Shown here one piece after another: positions 56,183-64,000 of a stretch of 64,000 bases of DNA (positions within the stretch are counted from its first letter, which is position 1; every line of letters starts with the position of its first letter). Position numbers and translations under genes: made by a program. The notes under the pieces are model-generated. The model had not been told where the DNA came from, ran no database searches, and saw only the letters and a list, made by a program, of their open reading frames with translations. The stretch is from Moniliella sp. 'wahieum' (Eukaryota): the NCBI GenBank assembly GCA_003971905.1, contig RSEE01000014.1:248001-312000 (forward strand). The letters run 5' to 3'.

Positions 56183-57469
56183 TCCGCCTTCTTCTCGCCC
56201 GTCGTTCTTTCTCCCTTGCTCCCTCCTCTCCTTTCGTTTTCACCTCTTCCCCCAGAGTTTGTCCGCTGGCCCCTTGAATGCCGTGCGTCCTATCGAAACG
56301 CACAGGGGTGCATTCAATATACAGTCCTCCTCTCTACACCGCGACACGTCCAGAACATATAGGCGACTTGGCCTTCCTACTACGATGTTTGACGGTGTTC
56401 TCTGCCAGTCCAACAGGGGTGCTGCCAGGAAGGGGGAAATCCTACGAGCGGGCCAAACAAGGCAAATGAGGGACGGGACAAGAGAGCCATGTAGGCAAAT
56501 GAAATGAAGGTGTTGGAAAGGACAAGGGATGAGATCTGAGAACGGGGGTGAAGGGTGAAGGGTGAAGCTTGAAGGAGATCCGAATCAGAAGATTACATGC
56601 TCTCGTCCATGCCCAATCATTAATCACCACAGTCCTTTCGTTTCTCCTCCCGCACCGGCTTGGCAGGACTGGTTCCTCTCTCCCCTGCCTTTGTTTCTGA
56701 ACCCCGCTTCGGGATCGAAACTGCACCTTGCCGACGGCCACCTCTTCCCCACTTCCCCCCCCCGCTGGGGTTGGCCCCTTCCCCTCCCTTCCTCGATCAC
56801 AGTCAAAACATGTATTGTCACCTCCTTTGCGTTTTTGGCCCACCACAACCTTGCTCTTCTTGGGCCTTCCTTTTTCTCCTCCTTCGTGCTTCAGCATCGC
56901 GCTTCTTCTTGCCATGTGAACGAAATGTGAATGTGCCAACCTTGTGGAGACGCGAAGAAAAGTAAAGTAAAATAATCACAGTCCATATCTGATCGCGCCG
57001 CCACGCACACACTCCAGCACCGGGCACCCCACGTGTGGCTGGAAAATCGAGCTGGGAAGAAGATCCGTCTATTTCTCCCTTCCGGATCTTCACGCGGCAC
57101 GTCTCCCGTCTCCCGTCCCAACATCAAGCCACCATCCTTGCACCTCATATCCCAACATCCCAGCGTCTCACGTATCTCTCTATCTCTCACCTCTGACAAC
57201 CCGCACGAGGTTCCGACGTGGGAGCAAAAGAACCAAAGGAACCAAGAAACGCGACGGGACGAGATAGATAGATAGATACCTGTGTATGGCACGGCGCGCA
57301 GGAGAGAATGGGGGAAGTCAAAGCTCAAGACTCAAAACTCAAAACTCAACGCTCAAAGCTCAGCGCTCAAAGCTCAAGACTAGGACCACAACCCCCGTAC
57401 CTCCCCCTTGCGCTCGCCCCCGCCCGCATGCTCTCTCATAGCAGTCCGTCGCGGCGGGGAGACCTAGCT

Positions 57470-60400
57470 TCACCCGAGCGTGTCCACGCCGACGGTGCCG
57501 ACTGAGGGGTGCTGCCCCTGAGTGCCTGCAAGGGGACGGAAGAACCCGAAGAACCGAAGACCCGAGCGGGGGCTGGGACGACGGAGCTTGGTGGGCAACA
57601 AGAGAGCGGCTGCGCGGAGGGTGGAGAGTGCAGCTTGTGGAGAATGAGCTTGGGAGGAGGTAGGTACCGGACCACGTTCGTCCCTGTACGCCTCGACGGC
57701 CGCGACGACAGCTTCGATGCTAGCCACGGCGGCTCGGGCGGCAAAGATGTGTAGCTGGTAAGAGCGAGCGAGACGTAATGCTGCAGATAAGTTTTTCAGG
57801 GCCACTTTGGCTGTCTTGTCACGTAACGTGTACCGTGCATCGAGTTGTTGCAGTAGACCTAGTAGGCGGGACACGAGCAGGCCCAGTTGGGCCGGTAGCG
57901 CAGACCGTTTCACCGCACGACCAAATTCAGCTGACACGGATCACTTGTTCTTCCACCGCCGCGCCCGAGAGTTGGGTTTGGTCCACCATGCTCAGCGACC
58001 GAGTTCGTACCGATACCCAGTCCCGTACACTCGACGCGCCCAACGCAGCCACAGATAACGGCCATGCACGGGAGGAAGGAGCCAAGCCTTCAGCATACTC
58101 TGCCATGGGCGAACTGGGTTCCGACACGGTCCTTCGCACCAGCGCCCCTGCCGGCTCTGGGTCCTCCAAGACGGGGGCAGGCGTAGGGGGCTTCGGGAGG
58201 GGGCGGACTGACGGACCACGATTGCCTTGGGATAACGAGGTGGAAAGACTTGCACTGCACTGGAAGCCAATCGGATCGCCATGTCCCACTGGGAGACTCA
58301 AATGTTGCTGGGCCGGGGAAGGGGCTGATCAGGAGCAGAGGTAGGAACGCCACAGTCCTCTTGCGAATCGGGGGGAGGCATATTTGCAGTTGGATCGACC
58401 GACGGAACGGGAGGAGGTGCACCGGACCCCTTCAGTGTTGTAGGGATCGCCCACGATACGGCTCGCGCGGTCAAATTGACCGCCCCAGCTGACAAGGCCA
58501 AGCCAGCGTCAACGGCGCCCCAGGTCACCGAGCTAACCACGCGACGGCGCCAGCTAGGCGGAGAAGGGGGGGGGGCGCCAAGGGCGTAGTAGTACAGCCG
58601 TCGGTGGGAAAGTCCTCAATGCGATGGTGGGGGGAACGAACCCACTTGGCCCATGGGGACTGGAGGAGGTGAAGGTTGAGTACATGCCCGGCGGCGGGTT
58701 GTGAGTATGGATGTGGTGCACCACATGGGGCATCCCCTGACAGCTGACAAGGAAGACGAGACCACATCGTGGAAGGCGGAGCGATAGAGGCCAAGGCGGT
58801 TTGGAGGTCGGTGCGTAAGGCAGCAATTCAGCCTGCATGGCTGCCTCGGCTGAGGAAGAAGACGGCCCATCTGGGGTGGTTGCGGGGGTAGAGCCAGAGG
58901 TGCCACGGTCGGTCCCACTGAAGCCGATGGCTCGAGCTTGTTGAGCGCCTCGAGCAACGTGGCCTTCATCTCGGCACGATGCTTGTCGCTTACCTCCATC
59001 GCCTCCTTGGGAGGCAAGGCGGAAAGAAGGTAGCCGATACTCGAAATGTAGAGATCTAGGCTAAGCTCCGCATCTTGTCTCCGCTCCGCCTCCTCTTCCC
59101 GAGCTGCAAGTTCCTCCTCGGATGGAACGGTCGGTCCATACGCATAGTTACGCAATAGCATTGCTGCCCCCGCCGCAATGCTCCGAGGCAGGCTCAAGAA
59201 CCGACCGATCCGAGAACGCACATGTGCCGCTGCGCCCGTTCCGGTCGAAACATCCGACTCCAATGACGAGCCCAAGGAGGGGGAGGATCATCATCAAAAT
59301 GGTATTGGGTCCACCATCAGGCACGTCAGGAAATATGAAGCCTAGCCATCCTCCGGTAGATAGCCTGGCATGGACTGCGACGAAGGAAATGGCTCGTTCC
59401 AGCCAGAGCCCATGGAGTTGGCGGCGGTGGATTTACCCTGCCTTGATCCTGCGCGGGCACGGGCGCGATTGAGCCTTCGTGCCTCATTCTCCTCTGTTGC
59501 CTGGACCGCATCCACAGCCAAGCTCACTGCTTGGTCTAGCCGACGTAAATCCAGGGTAGGTGCAGGCTCTTGGTGGGGTGGTGAGGTGATAGAACCTCTT
59601 GCGCGAATCATTTGCGCACTCGCCGGCGAAGGGGCAATGCAGCAGCTTGAGACGGGGGCGGACTGTAGAGATTAGTGTCATGCACCCCAAATTGGGAGCG
59701 CTGGTTGCCCCCTGTGAAGCTAGTGAAGGGTTGCTGGGATGTGCGTGAAGAGGAGCGATGAGTATAGCGATACAACCTGCGATTGTGCATTGCCGCCGAC
59801 CAATTTGCCTGGGAATCTGGAATCTGGCCCATAGCAGAGCGGGAGCGGCGCAAGGAAGGTATCTCATCTGGGATCAGGCAAAAGCAGCGTCAGTGCATGC
59901 TGCGGCAAGGAATAGAGCAAAAAAAACAGAAGTGGAAATGTACCTTCACTCTCTTGATCAGTGGCTCCTTCTGCCGGGGAACTACTCGTACTCAAAGCGG
60001 GCGAGGTACGACGGCTCAAAGAAGGAAGACCGGGAATGCGGAGACCCCCCGTGGGTGTCATTCGGCCAGCCGACGAGGCAGCGGCCTGGAGCTGGGAGGG
60101 ATCCAGCTAGCTGCATAAGAGCGGATGCTTCCCGAGAGGGCGGGCATGGGTGCGAACCACACTACCATCTGGCATGATTCGGGAGGACGAGGAAGCAGCC
60201 TCCGTCTCGTGGGACACATATGACTGGGTGTCCATGACTGTTCCAGGCCCCCTCACCCCATCGATGGAAGAGCGGACGGGGTGCGTCTGGTCGTCTTCCA
60301 GGTCGTAACGGCGTGGGGTTGACAGGGACTGGGTCTTACTGTGCCCAGCCAGCTGGGCGCGATGTATGCTTCGCAGCGGGCGCGGCGGAGGGGAACGGCT

Positions 60401-60753
60401 TGACAGAGCCAGCGGGGTGTGGACCGGCATGAGCCCCCGATCTACGAGCAGCACGAGCAGCACTGTGCCGGCCGGGTAGGGCAGCGGTGGAAGAGGGCCG
60501 AGGGGGATGCGTGTGCCGCTGGAGCGATCGGCGGCGACCCCATCTTCTCGGCCCGAATAGGTGTCGGAAGAGTAGAGGACTTGGCCAAAGGCAGCATCGC
60601 AGGCGCCTCCTTGGTGCCAGCCTTAGGGAAGGGAGGGGCCCAGGCCCGGTCTAGATGCAGGCGCCTGGACGCATGGGCCTGACTGCCCGAAGCGGGCTTG
60701 TGGAGCGCGAGGCTGCGGAGGCGGGAGCGCCGGAGTGGAGTGCGGCTGCTCAT
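57470..60753 (-). CDS. Hypothetical protein(s); gene structure uncertain
   Basis: Helical coding-like segments LSLDLYISSIGYLLSALP (58616-59275) and AEFGRAVKRSALP...AVEAYRDE (57470-57937), plus Ser/Pro-rich upstream ORFs. Confidence 0.45.
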
Positions 60754-61410
60754 GGGGCGGATGTGGAGAGAATGGGCAGGAGAGGCAGCAGGCGGAGGCG
60801 CCGGCCCGCCCGAGCGAAGGGCACGTAGAGCCGGCGGGGTGGCGCCAGGAGGGCAGCAGCTGCCACGGGAGGGGCTGGGGGAAGGCGGCGGAGGGGGAGG
60901 GCGGGAGAGAGTAGGCGGTGGTGGTGGTGTGGCGGGAGGAGGCTGCCAGAGGCATCGCGTCCGATATGGCCTGCGGCATGCGTGCAGGCGTGCATGCGAG
61001 CCACCCTGGCTGACCAGTGTGAAAGCGTGGGCGGCATGCGCCAGTGGGGGCTGCACGTGCGGCCGGCGTCCTGGGGAGGCACAGTGGAGTGGTGCTGGCG
61101 CCGCCGATTAATTAGCGTGCAGCTTCAGCCTGCAATGTTTAAACTACAGTCTGGCTGAAAGGGTAGATGCGCACCCGCACACGGCCACTGTCACCCCGTG
61201 CGCTGCCCCCGCCACTGGTGTACTGCGGGGGGTATCGATCTAACGACCAACCCCACCCGGGGCGTCACGCGTCACGCGTCACTCCTCCGAGTGTTGAATC
61301 GAATACTGAATCCCCTCAGGCAACGCATCGACCACGTGGCCATGGAGCACACCCAAGGCCAAGGGGTCTGCCATCATGCATCACTTCTCTTGGGGCTTCC
61401 CGCTTCAAGC

Positions 61411-61534
61411 TTCATCTTCTTCATCTTCATCTTCATCTTCATCTTCATCTTCATCTTCATCTCATCTTCATCTTCATCTTCATCTTCATCTTCATCTTCA
61501 CTTCATCTTCATCTTCATCTTCATCTTCATCTTC
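61411..61534. repeat. (TTCATC)n microsatellite, ~20 units
   Basis: Direct reading; reverse complement of the 41259 motif. Confidence 0.95.
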
Positions 61535-61883
61535 GTCATCTGTGAGAGGCCTGAGCTCAGTACGGCTGTGTGTGGACACCATGCCAGCTTCAGCGCATCG
61601 CCGTCTCCAGTATACCCGCAGCCCTCTTGAGATGAGTCTTCTTTTTTGTCCCGCGGCCCCGCCCTCCACCACCTGCTGAAAACGACCGGCTGTGGGTTTG
61701 CCACTCAAACTGAAATCTGAGAGCACTCTCGGTAGCCATAAGCACCTACCCCACGTACCCACTACCACTCATTCTTCTGGTACACTGCTTAACGCCCACG
61801 TACGAATGTATACTCTCACATTCAGAGTACTCAGTATACTCGTACTCAGTGTACTCATACAGTAGTAGTACTGATCTGAGTGG

Positions 61884-62270
61884 TGAGACTCACCTACGCA
61901 CACACGCATGCGAGGACTCGACGTTGGCCATCGTATATTTCACCCGATTACACCCCCAATTGGCGTCACTACCCCTAGCGCTCGCACGGCACAAGTGTTA
62001 ATGCGAGGACAAAGGCCTACGGAAAGAAGAAGACAGAGGGAGGTGATGGATCTATTCCAAGAGAGGAGCCCGTTAGGGGCAGAACATAGAGGAGAGTCGG
62101 ATAGAACAGCGCGATGCGTGATGCGTGATCAGCTGCATGCATGATGGCGCTGACAGCCCCACCACGACTCGACGCTAGGATCCGACGAGATTGGAAGAGT
62201 GACAAATCAAGAGCCAGCTGGCTAGGAGGAATCTGAGCCGAAAATGGGCTTGATGCGGGAAGTCTCCTCA
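61884..62270 (-). mobile_element. Candidate 3' LTR of the copia element (distal boundary uncertain)
   Basis: On the minus strand a G-rich tract GGTGGGGC precedes TGAGGAG at 62270 right after RNase H. A possible CTCA terminus lies at 61884. The partner LTR is outside the window. Confidence 0.35.
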
Positions 62271-64000
62271 GCCCCACCAGGATCCGGCGTGAGCGTGAGG
62301 TAGCGACCTACACTGGAGCGTTGAACCGTATACGGTAGGAGCTTGGTAAAATCATTCGCGGGGTTCTCGGTTCCAAGAACCTTGTGCCACAAAATGCGCC
62401 CCGAATCGACATGCTCGCGGAACCAATGGTTGCGAATGTCCATATGACGAAGGCGTCCAATGAAACCAGGGCGAGAGATAATTGACAGGGCAACAGCCGA
62501 GTCGCTATAGAGATCCACCGGACAGTTGGAAGGTACTAGTTGAAGCTCGACCATGAGGTTACGAATGCGGAGAGCGTCGCGGGCGCCCTCACTAATAGCC
62601 ATCATCTCAGCTTCAGCGGTCGACATTGCCGTAGTGGTCTGCTGGGCGCTGCGCCAGTGCACTAGGGCGCCAAAAACAAACACAGCGACCCCTGTTACCG
62701 ACTTGCGTGTGACCTTGTCGCCGCCCCAATCGCTATCGGTAAATACGGCAATAGGAGGTGCCGTTCGATTGATCCTGAGACGCAGAGACCAATCCAATGT
62801 ACCACGGAGGTAGCGCAGGACATGTTGTGCGGCGCTGCGGTGTGCAGCAGAGGGATCCTTGTTCCAACGACTGAGAAGATGTACGACAAATGACAGGTCG
62901 GGCCGGCAGGTCTGCGCGGCCCAGCTGAGGCTCTGCACAATCGACATATAGCGCTTATGCTCGGCGACAGTGGCAGGAGCTTCGTCTGGTGGACGTGGGG
63001 GAGAGGTGTATCAGGATTGATAGGCAAACGAACAGGGTTGCACTCGAGCATGTCGGTGCGGGCGAGTAAAGCTAACAGAAATGCACGCTGGTCGCAGTCA
63101 AAACCATCAGGGCGAGTAACATAGTGCACACCCAGCATCTTACTGAGAGGACCCTTGTCGCCAATCTTGATGTTGAGACCGAGTTCGTCCATGAATGCGT
63201 CAAAAGCAGCTTGGGACGGGGCCATGGCCATTCCGTCATCACAGTATATTGCGAGCATGATGGTCGTATTCGCTCGTTTGCGTATCCAATACTGTTCTGT
63301 TACCGTCGAGCGGAAACCAATATCTCGTAGCTTGCTGGCGAGGTGGCGGTGCCACGCAGCGCCGGAGCTGCAAGGCCATAGAGGGACTTCTTGAGTCGCC
63401 AAACGTTTGCTTTGTCGGTGAGAAAACGATCGGGAGGCTTAACGTATACCTCATAGGGAATGGGTGCATGGAGATATGCACTCTTGCAGTCAAAAAATAA
63501 TGCCTGGAGGCCTTGCGCTTTACCTCCCACGGCTACGGTGCGAAAAGACTGATGTGCTGCGCCACTCGAGAATGTGAGGGCCTTGGGCAACTCACTTGTA
63601 TCCTCCTGGTTTCCTTGAACCACAATACGGGCTTTCCGTTTGAGGAACATATTCTCTGGGGTGACGCCAACACTGTAGACGGTGCGGGCACCCAAGATCT
63701 TCGTTCCGGCCGAGGGCGTGGCACTTCTTCAAAGGCATCCATGGATCTGAGCCCGTCAAGCTCAATGTGTTCGGCCTGGCGCCACTGGGGCCACTCAGAG
63801 GTGGCCATTGCTTCACGCTCGGTCGAGGGGCAAGGGGCACACCGTCAGCAGTGGTGCCGACAGTCGGGGGAGGGATGCGGAAACGGCGTTGCCGGCGGGG
63901 AATGGCTTTCTTTTTCGGGCTTGGTGTAAGGGATGCGGTGGCAGGATCAGGGAAGAAACAGTAATAGTAGGGGGGATTGGGTGGGACAAAGGGGGATGAC
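62222..64000 (-). mobile_element. Ty1/copia retrotransposon pol (RT and RNase H), truncated by window end
   Basis: KRKARIVVQG, FDCKSAYLHA, LKKSLYGL, AIYCDDG, CRPDLSF, FTDSDWGGD..TRKSVTG, STAEAE, HMDIRNHWFRE, NPANDFTK. Confidence 0.95.

Noticed and set aside
41259..61534. Inverted ATGAAG/TTCATC microsatellites as ends of a 20-kb element
   Set aside because: They enclose ordinary housekeeping genes, with no TSD or flanking homology.

Overview
Eukaryotic, GC-rich, intron-containing fungal DNA. It is basidiomycete-like, and the Fes1 N-terminus suggests Ustilaginomycotina (inference). Nearly every gene, including essential ribosomal protein genes, has 1-bp frameshifts, so this is most likely an unpolished long-read assembly. 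Gene ends are therefore approximate and pseudogene calls are unsafe. The first ~10.4 kb is a rearranged block: two tandem copies of an alpha/beta-hydrolase + tRNA-Leu(AAG) unit (second tRNA decayed). They are separated by a 4.7-kb TA-flanked DNA transposon with 12-bp CACG-terminal inverted repeats, a CACTA/Plavaka-like transposase remnant and a ~200-bp foldback, plus copia and possible LINE debris. The middle is mostly housekeeping genes: C2H2 TF, Rcf2-like, NASP/Hif1, FES1, RPL30/RPL37, a secreted protein, CipC-like, phytoene desaturase-like, NSR1, GCV2, KEX1, a UMA-like protein, RPL14, SNO1/PDX2, MET30/sconB and ATX1. The window ends inside a Ty1/copia pol. The most unusual unexplained signal is a family of more than 20 short non-coding tandem arrays with a 7-bp period. 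Most follow (TCA/TGA)-N4 and most equal a 6-bp A...T palindrome plus one base, across about ten different core sequences. Also notable are an 11-residue-repeat tail on the CrtI-like protein and a UBAP1-type QYDFSLE motif.
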